Made by a program: the position numbers and the translations under genes. Source: Utricularia gibba (taxonomy: Eukaryota; Plantae; Magnoliophyta). From it: a stretch of DNA of 64,000 nucleotides. The notes under the pieces are model-generated. The model was given only the letters and a program-made list of their open reading frames with translations, was not told where the DNA came from and did not search any database. Positions 46,607 through 60,351 of the stretch are shown here, piece after piece. The stretch's first letter is position 1. The number at the start of each line of letters is the position of its first letter. The stretch lies in the NCBI GenBank assembly GCA_002189035.1, contig NEEC01000024.1, positions 186,001 to 250,000 of the forward strand, read 5' to 3'.

Positions 46607-49600
46607 TGATGAGCCCCAGGAAGATAATGAAGTGTATTTGAAGAATGATGAGGAGTTTGTTCAAGTGAACAAATTAGAAAGAAAGATGATTCCACCAGGA
46701 CCAATGACTAGGAGCAAGACAAAGATGGTTGAAGATACACTTAAGGGTCTACTCAATACCATTGGAATCAAACATGGGCTTGAAAACATCCCATCAAAAG
46801 AGCTCAACTACTTGAAGATGGACTTAACTTAGAGCATTGGGCTTGTTAGACTTTTCTATTTCATTTATTTTGGGCTATGTAATGTTAGAGCCCAATTCTA
46901 GAGTATAAATACTCTAGAGATGTACTATTTCAGTATCTTTGGTCATTTTATTTATCTTGTGAGGATTCTCCTCTCCTTTGAGTGCTTGAACACTCTTAAC
47001 TTATCAAGCTTTGAACTTGTGGCGTTCTAGAATTATCACTTCCAATCAATCTCTCTTTTCTGAAGTGTGGCTCCTAATTTTTCTGTGTTTCGAAGTCTGG
47101 TTGCAAGAGATTTATTCTCTTGAGGGTAGACTTGGGTGGGTTCTCTTCTAAGCTTCAAAATCACCTCTTGTTTGTAGGTTGCTAATCTCTATAGATTAGA
47201 GGGTCACATCATTTTGGTATCAGAGCTTTGGGTTCCTTATCCTTATTATTATCCAGTTCTTGTTTGAGTTCTTCCATTCCTGCCTATTCAAAAAAAAAAA
47301 AAAAAACGTTCAAGCCAAGTCCTTATTACTTTTGGCTTTAGCACAAAAAAAAAGGGGTTCACAGGAAGTTGATTGAAGAAGAGCTCGAAATTGAGTGTCA
47401 ATTGAATATCAAGAACACATTAAATATCATTTTCAAGTGTGTAAGAGGATAAGGAGTGTGAAGGTGAACATCCATTACCCATCACTATCATCCATTATTA
47501 TGTATGTTTAAATTGTGGCCCACTTCTCTACTTTTCCCATTCCACCAAGCAACCACTTTATTGTTGTTTTTCTTATCTTCAATTCCCATCCCCTGTCATT
47601 CACGTGTCCCCACCTTTCCATTTGACTATTCTCTTTGTTGATTGCCCATTCCTGTATTTCTATAGTTTAGCAAGCAACACATTTCGTGTGTAGTGCCCTA
47701 TTCTCTAATTTCATCTGTTCTTACCTTGTTATCCATCCTTCCTATTTATCTATTCCAACAAGCAACCAATTTAATTTAAACACTTCCCTTTGTCTCCATC
47801 TTGAGACTATTAATACTGCCACCCTCACCTACTTCCATCATTACACTATAATCAATACCAATCTGGAAGTGATTAATTCGTTAGATGCCATGAGAACAAG
47901 CATGATGACATTAAAGAGTGCATCAAGGACTTGAAGCTTGAGGATTGAGTGGTAAATCTTGTGTGGGTTTCTTTGTTCTTTTAGTTTAGTCTCTTTTCTT
48001 CCTTGCTGCTCGTTTTCTTTTGTCCTGTATTTAGGATGTCAAATTCCAGAAGTGAGCATGAAAAGGATGACTCACCGGATGAGAGGTTCACTTTGAAAGC
48101 TATGCAACAGGAGTTCACTAGATTGCATCGCATTCTGGAAAACATAAATGTCAGGCTTGATGAACACGAAAATTCTTTGCAAAATGTTGCAAGAGCACGA
48201 AGACAAGATAATTATGCTGCTGGAAGGGGTTGAGGTAGTCAATTGCATCAACGCATCAACACTGAACATGACTTAAGTGATCAACAAAGTGCAAGGACTG
48301 TTGGAAGAAGAGATCGAACCCTGAATATTGATGAAGAAGATGACTACATTGAACATAGTGAAAATGATTTTGTGCAAGGGGATACAAGAAGATTTCGAGA
48401 TCAGGGAGGTAGAAGAGATGGAGGAAGAATTGGAAAGGATGTTAACAACATCAAGATGAAGATACCTCAATTTCAAGGAAAGAATGATCCAGATGCATAT
48501 CTCCAATGGAAAACAAGAGTAGAACATGTCTTTGATTGCAACACCTTCTCAGACGAAAAGAAAATCAGATTGGCCTCCATGGAATTTAGTGACTATGCTG
48601 TCATTTGGTGGGATCAATTGGTGGCTAAAAGAAGGATGGACTCTGGTTCGAAATTTCGCAAGAGATTTCAACAAGAGGACTTCTGGTTCGAAATTTGGGG
48701 GCACCAATGAGATGATGGAGAGAAATAAAGGGAAGTCATCCATGGAAAACTTCAAATTCGACATCCCATCAAGTTCCAAGCAAGGGGAGCGAATAAACAT
48801 AAAATGTTTCAAATGCTTGGGGCTTGGACATATTGCTTCTGAATGCCCAAATAAACGAGCAATGGTGATTAGGGGCAATGGCGAAGTTGTTAGTGAAGAT
48901 GATGATAATCTAGTGGAGACAGAAGCTGAAGTGAGTGATGAGGATGAATTGCCTGTTTCTGGAGAAGTATTAGTCATTGAAGGACGCTTAACATTGGAGT
49001 GAAAATGAGTGAAAAAAAGATGCAAAAAAGTGGAGAAAAAAGAAGAGATGGCAAGGAATTGAGTGGAAAAAAGGATGAAAATGAGCACAAAACAGAGAGT
49101 GGAAACATGAGAGTTTTAGAAATTGAGAGAAAGAATGAGAGTCTATTAGCAAGTGCAAGTGAGATTAGACACTTACTTCATGCTAGGCAACCATTCATTC
49201 TACTCATGTATAAGGATGAAGTTCCTACTTCACCTAACCATGCTTCATCCATTCCATCTTGTGTTGTGTCTCTCTTACAGGTATATGAAGATGTTTTTCC
49301 AAAAGAACTTCAAGGCTTACCTCCCCTTAGAGGGATTGAGCATCAAATTGACCTTGTCCTTGGAGCACAACTCCCAAACCGACCAGCATACCGAGCCAAT
49401 CCAGAGGAGACGAAGGAAATACAAAAACAAGTTGAGGAATTGGTGTCTAAAGGATTTGTGCGTGAGAGCATGAGTCCTTGCTCAGTGCCGGTGTTATTGG
49501 TTCCAAAGTCTGATGGAACTTGGCGGATGTGCACTGATTGTCGCGCCATCAACAACATCACAATCAAGTATAGACATCCTATCCTTAGACTTGAAGATAT

Positions 49601-50435
49601 GCTTGATGAGTTGCATGGTGCTTGTGTTTTTAGTAAGATTGATTTGAGAAGTGGGTATCATCAAATTAGAATGAAGGAGGGTGATGAGTGGAAATCCGCT
49701 TTTAAAAGTAAGTTTGGTTTGTATGACTGGGTTGTTATGCCTTTTGGATTAACTAATGCTCCTACCACCTTTATGAGATTGATGAATCATGTTCTTAGGC
49801 CTTTTATAGGTAGATTTGTTGTTGTTTATTTTGATGATATTCTGATCTATAGTAAAAGTATTGAGGAACATGTAGGGCATTTGAAAGATGTGTTAGATAC
49901 TCTTAGAAAAGAGAAGTTGTTTGCTAATATCAAGAAGTGTGTATTTTGCACAAATAGTGTCTCTTTTCTTGGATATGTTGTAAGTAATGCAGGAGTAGCT
50001 GTGGATGAAGAGAAAGTAAGAGCAATCAAAGAATGGCCAACACCTACATCAGTGGGTGAAGTTAGGAGTTTTCATGGTTTAGCAAGTTTCTATAGACGGT
50101 TTGTTAGGGATTTCAGTTCTATAGCAGCACCCCTCACCCAGTTGATCAAGAAAAACCATGCATTTCATTGGGGAGATGAGCAGGAACATGCTTTCAAACA
50201 ACTCAAGAATAAGCATTGCTCAACACCTCTCCTAGCACTTCCAAATTTTTCTGATAATTTTGAAATTGAATGTGATGCATCAGGTTTAGGGATTGGTGGT
50301 GTGTTGATGCAAAAGGGACGTCCACTTGCTTATTTTAGTGAGAAGCTTCATGGTGCCACCCTCAACTATCCAACATATGACAAAGAGTTGTATGCATTGG
50401 TTAGAGCTTTAGAGACATGGCAGCACTACTTATGG
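46607..50435 (+). mobile_element. CRM-3: 5' LTR 46607-47211, Met PBS, deleted gag, RT-RNase H, 3'-truncated
   Basis: TGATGAGCCCC...CACATCA, then TTT and TGGTATCAGAGC; gag homologous to CRM-1/2. Confidence 0.92.
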
Positions 50436-50486
50436 TCGATCTCCTCAGATGCTAGTAGAGAAAATCACCCCCCTTGGATCTCTTAG
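48999..50486 (+). CDS. CRM reverse transcriptase - RNase H ORF (last about 17 aa come from Angela LTR)
   Basis: [66 protein letters not shown]. Confidence 0.92.
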   Translation: MKMSEKKMQKSGEKRRDGKELSGKKDENEHKTESGNMRVLEIERKNESLLASASEIRHLLHARQPFILLMYKDEVPTSPNHASSIPSCVVSLLQVYEDVFPKELQGLPPLRGIEHQIDLVLGAQLPNRPAYRANPEETKEIQKQVEELVSKGFVRESMSPCSVPVLLVPKSDGTWRMCTDCRAINNITIKYRHPILRLEDMLDELHGACVFSKIDLRSGYHQIRMKEGDEWKSAFKSKFGLYDWVVMPFGLTNAPTTFMRLMNHVLRPFIGRFVVVYFDDILIYSKSIEEHVGHLKDVLDTLRKEKLFANIKKCVFCTNSVSFLGYVVSNAGVAVDEEKVRAIKEWPTPTSVGEVRSFHGLASFYRRFVRDFSSIAAPLTQLIKKNHAFHWGDEQEHAFKQLKNKHCSTPLLALPNFSDNFEIECDASGLGIGGVLMQKGRPLAYFSEKLHGATLNYPTYDKELYALVRALETWQHYLWSISSDASRENHPPWIS

Positions 50487-53400
50487 AGAGCACGAAAACG
50501 TAGAAGCAGATCTGTAGATCTAAATTTTTTGATAAATATTTGGTGGCATATCAAATCAAATCTCATCTTATGGAGATATGTATATGTTCCAAATCTTATC
50601 TATACAAGATCTTTTATTTTGAGTCATCCAGTGAATCGATTCTCTAATCGACACCCACACATAGGTTTTATTAATCTCATTACATCAATTGTGAGAACCA
50701 TTGCCTAAATATTTTATGGAAACTCTTTCTAAATCATCTCTTCAAGCTCAAAACAACTCCCACTTGCTTCCTTGAGGAGAAACTCTTTCTCCAAAAAGAC
50801 AGCATTCCTCGAGATGAAAACCTTTCCCTCCTGAGCATTATAGAAGTAGTATCTCATAGTTTCTTGTAGTTATCCCAGAAAAAAGCACTTGTCAGATTGT
50901 TCTCCAACTTATCTGACTTCAACCTTCTTACATAAGCAGGGCATCCCTAAGCTTTGAGGCAGGAGAAACCCGGTTTTCTACCAGTCCAAAACATGAGCTT
51001 CTGCAAAACTCATCATGGATTGAACCATGTCAAGAAAAGTTCGATTTCTCCTCTCAGAAACATCATTGTGCTCAGGTGTATCAGGAGGAGTTCTTTATGA
51101 GATAATACCATTGTCTTTTAGATGATTCTTGAATTCATAACTCAAGTATTCCCCACCACGATCTGATCGTAGTTTCTTGATGGAACGCTCAAGCTGGTTC
51201 TTGACCTCCATCCGAAACTCTTTGAACTTTTCAAAGGCTTTAGATTTTCGTTTCATCAAGTAGATGCATCCATATCTTGAATAGTCATCTGTAAAAGTGA
51301 TGAAATATGAGAAACCCCCTCTAGCAGTGATGCTTATTGGACCATATACATCAAAATGTATTAAATCCAATAAATTTTCAGCTCTTGCTCCTTTTCCTAG
51401 AAAAGGTTGCTTTGTCATTTTGCCCAATAAACAAGATTCGCATGTTTCATAAGATTCAAAATCTTCTAAGTCCAAATATCTCAATCAATATAAGTACTCA
51501 ACACGCTTCTTGTTTATATGACCTAAACGACAATGCTAGAGGTAAGAATTCAAGACATTGTCAATCCGTGACATTTTTATGCACATGATAATCTGTTCTG
51601 AATCATGCTGATCCAAAACATATATTCAGTTAACTATTGTGGTAAACCCATAATGCACATTCCCAAGTCGTATGGAACAACAATTTTTCTTTATAGAAAA
51701 CTTGAAACCAATCTTGCCCAAACAAGAAATAGAGACGATATTCTTAGACAATGAGGGAACACAATAAACGAAATCTAATTCAAGAGATAATCCAAAAGGT
51801 AGGGTGATGTGGCAAGTCCCAACTGCCATGGCAGCAACTCGTGCACCATTCCCAACTCTTGGGTCAACATCGCCTTTCTTCAAGATTCTACTACTCATTA
51901 GGTCCTGCATGTTAGTGCAAATGTGAGTACCACAACCAAGAAGCATTCTTGATACTAGTGTTAATATCAATCATGTGTATACCTGAAGCTGAATTTTCAT
52001 TCTGCTTCTTGCCCTTGATTGACTCTAGGCAAGCTTTGCAGTTTCTATTCCAATGACCAGATTTCCCATAGTGAAAACATTCACCCTTACCCAGTATTTC
52101 AACTGGCTTCTTCTTCTTGATCTCCCTTTTAGATTTGAGTTTCTTGTCTTGATTCTTCTTCTTGGAAACCGTTTTCCTTGAAGAGACAAGCATGACATTC
52201 TTCTGTTCCTTTGTGATAGTTGTCTCAACAAACTTAAGTAACTGAATCAACTCAGGAACAGTTTGATCCATCTTGTTCATCTGATAGTTCATCACAAACT
52301 GTGAGTAGCTATCAGGTAGTGAGGTAAGGATTAAGTCAATACTGAAGTCCTTATCCACACAAAACCAAGAATGGACAACTTTTCAATGTAACTCAACATC
52401 AATATCGCATGATGAGCAACAGAACTTCCTTCTGCCAAGCGACAATTGAACAACAGCTTTGATGTCTTAAACCTTTCAAGTCGTGAGTGCTCACAAAAAT
52501 AGAGCTTTGAGGTGTTTTATCATCTGTTGGCAAGTCATCACCTCATGCTGTTTTTGAAGATCATAGGCCATCGAAGCAAGCATGATATAGGAGACAAGCT
52601 TAGAATCATCTAGATACTTTTAATATGCGCGCCGAACATCTTTAGCTGCATTAGCCCTGGGTTGTGCAGGAACATCTTGCTCAAGGATGTAAGAATCTTC
52701 TCCGCCTTGAGAACAATTCTCAGATTGCGGTGCCAATCAATAAAATTCGAGCCAACCAACTTGTTGGACTCTAGAATGGATCTCAAAGTCACGCTGGAAG
52801 ACATATCTTCAACTTGAAGAAGAGAAAGCAAACACACCCTGTAGTGTTCCTTAAATCACATCTAACTAGTCTTTATCAACTGTGATATACTTCCACTATG
52901 TTTTTCGAGATTGCAGCCCCTTACTGACAAAACGAGAAAATCAGATTTTCTTAGTGGGAAAGTGTCCCATTTCATTCATCTCCACCTTGACTATAGCCAA
53001 CAAGCTTTAATGAATGAAACAGGTAGTCATCTTCTGCCAATTGTATCTCTCATAAAACCACTACATCATTGAGTCATCAACTCTTAATGTAAAAACTATT
53101 TACCACAACCTTTCCTCCAATTTTACCAACCTTGGCTTTAGTCAACAAGTTGATAAAATAAGTTAAGCGAACCCACTCTGAATCTAATTCCATAATTTGA
53201 ACATGTCATCTGTAGTAGAGAGCTTGACGGTAGCCAACAACTCTAAGCACTAAAAATGACTCTCGTTCTCTTAATGTCAATGGAAGGAATAAGCTTAATT
53301 ATTTAGTAGGGTATTTTTCCATAGGCAACTCTTGCACTATGGATATCGATATCCTATCAGATAGGAATCTTGACAACCCTTGTCCTTTCGTTCATAACGC

Positions 53401-55354
53401 CTCATATCCTTGGATTTTCACACATAAAGCTCGAAAATCCTAATTGACCCTAGATGCCTTGGTCACAAATAAACTATCAAATATCATATGCATCGATAAT
53501 TCACCAATATCATCATCATCATCAAAATTTGTGCAAAGCTCATCATGCCCCACGACTACATACATATAAACCATCAACATGTTGCGCATATACACATAAG
53601 ATATGATTCTCGAAAGCATCAATCATCAATCACATTTCGTGCATCATTAAGGCAGCAAAACAATCCAACATAATCAAATTTCGTGCATCACATACTATTA
53701 TGATGATCACCAGCAAGGCAACATACGAGAACATCTCGCAAAATCACATGCTATTACGATGATCGCCGACAAGGAAACATACGAGAACATCTCGAAAAAT
53801 CAGCAAAGATTTTAAAGTGTCACCAGCAAGGCAACATACAAGAACATCCTGTAAAATCAGCAAAAATTCTAACATATACACGCATTCCGCAACCTGGCTC
53901 CGATACCACTATTGGGTTTCTCGTAGACATCGTATGTCACAAAAGCAGCGGATTTTTAAAAATTTTGTGAAACCCCCAACGCATATCTTGGAATACGGTA
54001 TACATCAGACAAAGGGATGCTGAAAATACCTTTCAGATGACTCCGTTGTTCACCAACCGCCAATAGCAGACGGCCTCTATAGTATCCACACGTGGAACAC
54101 TCCGTCGATAACCTTCTCAAGGCTGTAGAATGCTGGTCGATCTCCTCAAATGTTAGTAGAGAAAATCTCCCCCTTGGATCAATCTCAGAGAGCACGAAGA
54201 CCTAAAAGCAGATCTGTAGATCTAAATCTTTTGATAGATATTTGGTGGCATATCAAATAGAATCTCCGTAAATATCTCATTTTGTGGAGATATGTATCTG
54301 TTCCAAATCTTATGTATACAAGATCTTTTATTTTAAGTTCAATCAATATTAATCTCAAAATAGCTCTCTATTTAATTTATCCACTTTACCAATTACATCT
54401 CATGTAATTGTGTCATTCTATTTTATATCGATGAGTGACTCCACTATTGTGTGTGACCCTATAGACTTCTTCAATCAAGGTCGTAATAATAGATTTATTA
54501 AGTAACTCTTAATTAATGAAATCTCTCATTGTCGATCATGAGTGATGTCTAGCAACATATTAAGATCCCCAAGATTAAAGAATAATCAGGTGAACTGATT
54601 GAGACTTTCCATGATTAACCACCATGCAATGAACAGCTTCATCATACTTATATCTCATTCGATATCAGAACATAGGTGTGTGTCTTTCTGATGTATCGAA
54701 ATTATAATTGCATTTAAGCACTAACACTCAATGACCTACTCAAACAATTTGAGTGTCATTACCCTCGGCCAAGGACTTACTGTTAGGCTTTGATACAATT
54801 ACTTGAGATATGATCTCATTGCTAACATGAGTGATGAATCCATTATTGATCAATCAACTATCTCCAACCTTAAGGAGTCACATCCCTACTCATCCATACT
54901 AGGCAAGCCATGGTTAGGCTCCCATTAGTAATGAGCGAAAATGTGAGCTTAAGATCAAGATAACTTTGTTGATCTCAAGTCTAAGCTTACTTGTACGGCT
55001 GTCATATTCGAGATCTTGCTACTGACACTTGGTTAGCTTCCCATAGTAGCATCTCGAAGATGAGTCATCCAGTGAATCGATTCTCTAATCGACACCCACA
55101 CATAGGTTCTAGTAATCTCATTACGTCAATTGTGAGAACCATTGCCTAAATAGTTTAGGGAACTCAATGTGTGCCACCTTATCCGTATTTATGATATCCT
55201 CATTTCACAAACACTCTAGCCAGGGAGTTTTTTAACTTGAACATAAATGCTTGAAGAATCACACATTATGATCTCATCATAATTTCTATAGCGCACAGAT
55301 CAAAAGATAAGATTTGCCAATGAGTTGATTGTCTCTAGAACACATACACTAACA
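50433..55354 (-). mobile_element. Truncated Angela-type Ty1/copia: 5' LTR 53910-55354, Met PBS 53896-53908, degraded gag-PR-IN, deleted 3' LTR piece 50433-50720
   Basis: TLRSILESNKLVGSNFIDWHRNLRIVL gag; ITFTDDYSRYG...LRSDRGGEY integrase; RT and RH absent. Confidence 0.9.
53709..53870. repeat. Three imperfect ~55-65 bp tandem units in the Angela leader
   Basis: CAAGG(C/A)AACATAC(G/A)AGAACATC..AAAATCA occurs three times. Confidence 0.7.
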
Positions 55355-56144
55355 AAAGAGTGGATACTATTGGCCAACTATGAAGCACGATATTACGGAT
55401 TTGGTTAAGAAATGCAAAGCATACCAGCATCATGCAAGTATACCCCGGAAACCGGTTAATGACCTCATGGTTCCATCGTCCTCGTATCCATTTGACCATT
55501 GAGGAATAGAGATCATGAGGCCCTTTCCCCAAACATCTAGTCAAAGGAAGTTTGTGATCGTGCCAATTGAATAATTCTCCAATGGGGTAGAAGCAGAAGC
55601 TGTGGTCAAATTATAAGAAGAAATTGTCATTCGTTTTCTACGAAGAAACCTCCCTATTCGATTCGAAATACCCCTGAATTGGTAATGGATAACGGGACTC
55701 AGTTTTTAGGGGGTAAGAAGGATGCTTTTCTAGACAGGTACTCCATCAAGAACAACTTCACCTTAGTATATCACTTCCACAGTATGAAGTTACAAATCAG
55801 ATGCTCAGGCAATGTATAAAAACCAAACTAGAAGATTTCGAAAAATCTTGGGCGGACCAGTTAGATGAAGTTTTATTATCATATTGTACGACTCCGCGCA
55901 CCATCATGGAGGAATCTCCATTCTTGCTGGTATATGGGTCAGAAGTAGTATGCCCAGTTGAATTAATACTAAAGAGCTATTGAGTTGAGCATTACGATGA
56001 AGTAGACAATGCCAAATTGTGAAAACTGGAGTTGGAATTACTAGATGAGAAGCATCAAAATATATATACCCAACTAGGGGCTTATCAAAGGAGAGTTGAA
56101 AAGAGCAACAAAAAATCGCTGCGCTCAAGGGAATTCTAAGACAC
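55355..56144 (+). pseudogene. Tat/Retand integrase remnant
   Basis: YWPTM...VKKCKAYQHH, YPFDH*GIEIM.PFP...RKFVIV, VMDNGTQF, WADQLDEVLLSYCTTPR...ESPFLLVYGSE. Confidence 0.85.
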
Positions 56145-57482
56145 TGTTAAGTGTCATTTTCTCACTATTTCTTAGGTTTTTTTTATGTCTAAATGTGATT
56201 AGAACTGTCTAATTATGAGTGTATAATATGAGATTTATGTTTTTATCTCGTTTAGGATAATTATTCTAAATCTTATATTTTATCTAATATTTTCACTAGT
56301 TTTAATTAAGTTTTTCTAGAGGCACACACGTGGCAGGAAGTGAGAGAAAGAGGGCAGTAGATGGCAACAAAATGAATCTTCCCAAGCTGATATCTCCCTG
56401 ATTTCCGGAAGACTGCAAACGCCTAATCATGAGTCTTGACGTGCGGAACACGAGAGTCTCTAAAAAGCAAAATCATTAGCGTACCAGTGTTAGAGCAGAC
56501 GTTTGCTTACAAGTCACTCCAGTCCAGCATAACCAGAAGAACATGAAAACTCAGACAAAATAGTTAAGCTCAGTTCAGTTCGGACAAGTAGAGAATTAAC
56601 TTTCAGTTTAGTTTAGACTTTTGTTTCTCTCTCTAAAGGATTTTCCTCTAGCTTCTCTCTAAAACTCTGTTTTCGTTTCCTTTAGTTTGTATGGCTGTTC
56701 GTGGCTAAAAACTTCCGTTTTTGGGTTGGGATACTCCTAAATCTATGTTTTGTTAGCTTATCTTCATCTCTTCTTTGAATCCGAACGGGTTCCGTATGGC
56801 TTCACGCAACTATGTTACAGTCTTTCTATAACAGTCCCTTTATTCAAGATTCATGGTTAGCTGATCACTACCCAAGAGATTTGAAGAGGAGCAAGGTGGA
56901 AAGCACCAACTCACGCCCCTTTTGTAGGAGGAAGACAACGTTTTGTCTATGGATGTACCTAAGGATCAATGGACAGATAGTGACCTTGTATCTGTACTCA
57001 TTGGGTCATTGGCAACACTCGAGCACACGCACGCAATTCAACCATGAGGGTATGCTGGCAGGACCTCTTATCTTCACGTTCGTACAAGGAGGAGCAACAT
57101 CGGGCTATAACCGAGTGTAAGGGAGGGTAGGCAAATTCCTTACTCCTATAACCGAGTACTCAAGAAGACCAGAGAAGAGTGAAGACGCAACGAGCATAGT
57201 TGGGCAGGATTCCAAACCCAGGAACATTCACTTTATTTAAGGTTCAACAATACGTTTATTTCTTTTGCTTGTTTAAAACCCTCTTATCCCCTTACTCAAG
57301 CTTCATCATCTACGTTTCTTGAACCTTTTACTTCCCAAACCGTTTACGAATCGTGAAAATTGTATTTGGTGTACCTCACCTTTCACTGAAAAACAACTCC
57401 CTGTGTTTGACACCCATACTACGCTTTTGTGTTTTACAAGTTTTAAAAATAATAAAAGTTTTTGTGGAAACAACATGCATCA
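56145..57482 (+). repeat. Athila-like solo LTR (1338 bp)
   Basis: TGTTAAGTGTCATTTT...ACATGCATCA; TSD GACAC/GAAAC (4/5); end confirmed by the homolog at 18530. Confidence 0.75.
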
Positions 57483-58309
57483 GAAACGGATCTGGTGCTC
57501 CGGAATATACAAGCGCAAAGGCATGTGGGAAAACTAGAACGCAACTAGGAAGGTCCTTACTGAACCTCAAAGGTAATTGGTATAGGAGCATATTGGTTGG
57601 AGCAACTAGACGGTGCAAAATTCCCGAGGTCTTGGAATGCAGCACACTCGAGAAAGTTCTATGTGTGACTAGTTCACTATTAAAACTTATTCCAAATTTC
57701 AGGTGTTTCGGTATTTTTCATTCTAGGATTATCAAACAATCAAGAATTCCTCTGGAAAGGAGAAGAGTTAGCAAGATAGCAAAGCCCTGGAAAAGTTATT
57801 TAAGCTCAGGCAAATTTAACAGATCTAAACCCCTCATGTAGCTCAACTAATCAACTAGGGGCTCCCCCGAAAACATACGGCCCCCTAACATAAGGATAAG
57901 TTCTAGTACAATTCAAGCTCCGGTTTTGATAACCACATGCATAAGCCCCAAACAAGCCCTAAGAAAAGGTCATGCTATCGAATCTCGAGACGATAAGTGC
58001 ATACAAGAATCCTATCCAACTGTGTTTTCAAAACATAGAATATTAGCAAGAAGAGGGCCTATTTGTATTGGAGAATTGACCCAACCCATGAAGGTTTTGG
58101 ACTCACATCTCTAGCAGTTGTTAGGCACGAGCAAAAAATCAAAAACTTAGGCAAATAAGTCAAGCAAAAATAAAGCAAAAATAGGACAAGTTGTGTTCAA
58201 AATAATATTCCCAAATCGAGAAAAAAAACTTCCTGAAATTGGGGTCCAAGTTTAAAGACAACCCAAATCAGGGGCACAAATACTAGTTCCAAAGGAGAAA
58301 GGTAAAAGT

Positions 58310-60351
58310 TCAAGGAAGGGGGCTGGCCGACTGGCCAGCACCCCCTTCAAACCTTGAAGCAAGCATCATGGAATTCTCCCTCTTGGCCCTTTCCTGAATG
58401 ATGGCCTTTAGGCACTCTAAATTGGCACAAAATCCAAAGTCAAGAGCTTCAGACATGTCCAATGGGGCATCTTGTAAATTTTTATCCTTATAAAGGAGGG
58501 AAACTTGACCAAAGTGGGGATTTGTGACTGCATGACCGACATGGTGAGCAATTTGGTGCATCTGCCAATATAAGAGCAGGTCGACCAGGTCACTTGCGTA
58601 AGCATTCGACATCTCTGAGAAGAAGGTAGAACTGACAAAGTCATCTAGGAGCCTTTGCCGAGATGACTTCTGATTGCACAGTTTAGTCTCTTTAAAGTTA
58701 ACTTTAAAGCTTTCCTTCTCGGAAAGCACATCATCAATTGTCCTGTCCATCTCATCAACAAACCTGACTTAGACACTTGTTATGTTTGAAGTCGAAAGAA
58801 AAAGAAAAGAACTACCTCCCATATCAGAGTGAAGCCTCAAGGAGTTTAGTAGGGATGCAAATCGAAGTAAGCGCAAGATCCTCAGCCACGTCGATTGGGA
58901 GCCTTGACATAGAGGGTCCAGCCGAATTAAGATCGGCCCTCTAAATCGAAACTTTAATGACCTTTGGAGAAGATAGGACCTTGTCCTTCCCCTTCGTAGC
59001 AAGAATAGGCGGAGTCGACTCCCGATCTCCTAAGGTCATCATCTCTCTATCCCCTTCCGAGAGATAAATAGTGTTTTCAGCTTGTGTCCCTAGTGAGTTA
59101 GTCTAAATAAAGGTTCAAAGTTAAGGCTCAACCTTAAGATTGGAATCCAAGAATCTGAAGTAATAGGATATGAGTACTAATCTTTGAAGGCGGATCCATA
59201 TCCAACTCTCGAGCCCCATGCTCTTCCATGATGAAGCGAGCGGAGATTCAATCTTGATGGGCACATCATTTTGGCATTCCATCTGCTACAAAGCGAAACT
59301 AGGAAAGACTTAAATTGGAAAGACGGCGCAACCCAACGAAGATGAGTCTAACTACCTCTTTGCTTCTTGGAACGTTTATGGGCACATTTCTTAACCCTCT
59401 TTTTTTCGGGGGAGCTTGGGACTGAACTTCGAAATTGGGGACAGGATCACGAGATACGTTTTGGGAAGCAGAAGGAATAATAGGAGACTCTAAAAGTGAA
59501 CGGTTTGGGGAAACAAGCCACAAATCGGCATCATTAGAAAAGATAAAGTCAGGCCACTGACTATCTCGGGGGTGACCAAGGATTCTTGATTTCCTCAAAG
59601 ATGCGCCTGTGAGCATTATGGTGTGAGATTCAAACCGAACTGAGCACTCACTTAACCTCTGATACAAAATTTTATGAGATTCGGTAGAGACCGGATAGGA
59701 ACCAAAAAGCTTTATCTAGAAAGAAGCGAGAGGATTCAAAGGAAAATTCCACCTATAACCTAACGGAGGAGCAACCTAGACAAAGGATGATCACCAATCA
59801 TGGTGTGTACTGGGGGCTTTCACAACAAAATTAGGGTTGTCTTTGAAATGGTGGAATTGAAAATTGGCATGACCAGTCATCGGTGGCTTTGCCCTATGAA
59901 CCGCGATCTTGAGCAATTGGAAGAAATCGGCCAAAGACATGACCGGGTCCATGCTAGCCGAATAAAACAAGAAGGTAGTAAAACAGAAGATGGAGTTGGG
60001 AGCGAGACAGTAAAGCAAAATTGCAAAGGCGTTTAGAAAGTGGACTACCAGGGGATGATGGGGAAATTAGAAGCCACTTTCAAAATACGCAAGAGGCATC
60101 GACAAACTAAATGAAGGAAGAGGCCTCCCACCAACCCCCCATGGGATATCGGTGTCATTGACCTGAGTAACGATGTACTTGTCAGGGACCGAGTGTTGAA
60201 TCCAAATAGAGGAAATATACAGTTCACTAGACCACTTGACCATTTGGCTAAATTTGAAGAGAAAAGAGAAACCCTTGCAAAAAAGAGGGAAATCAGATGG
60301 AGATGGATCAGAGCCCAGAAAAACCTGAAGTGCCCTAAAAACCCCACTCAA
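58310..60351 (-). pseudogene. Degraded antisense extra ORF of Tat/Retand element (Transposase_28-like N-terminus, coiled-coil C-terminus)
   Basis: FESGF*FPHHPLVVHFLNAFAILLYCLAPNSIFCFTTF at about 59980-60085 matches the G.R.P.HPF...L......QL.PNS pattern; downstream ORF fragments 59299-59667, 58769-59002, 58310-58750. Confidence 0.7.
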
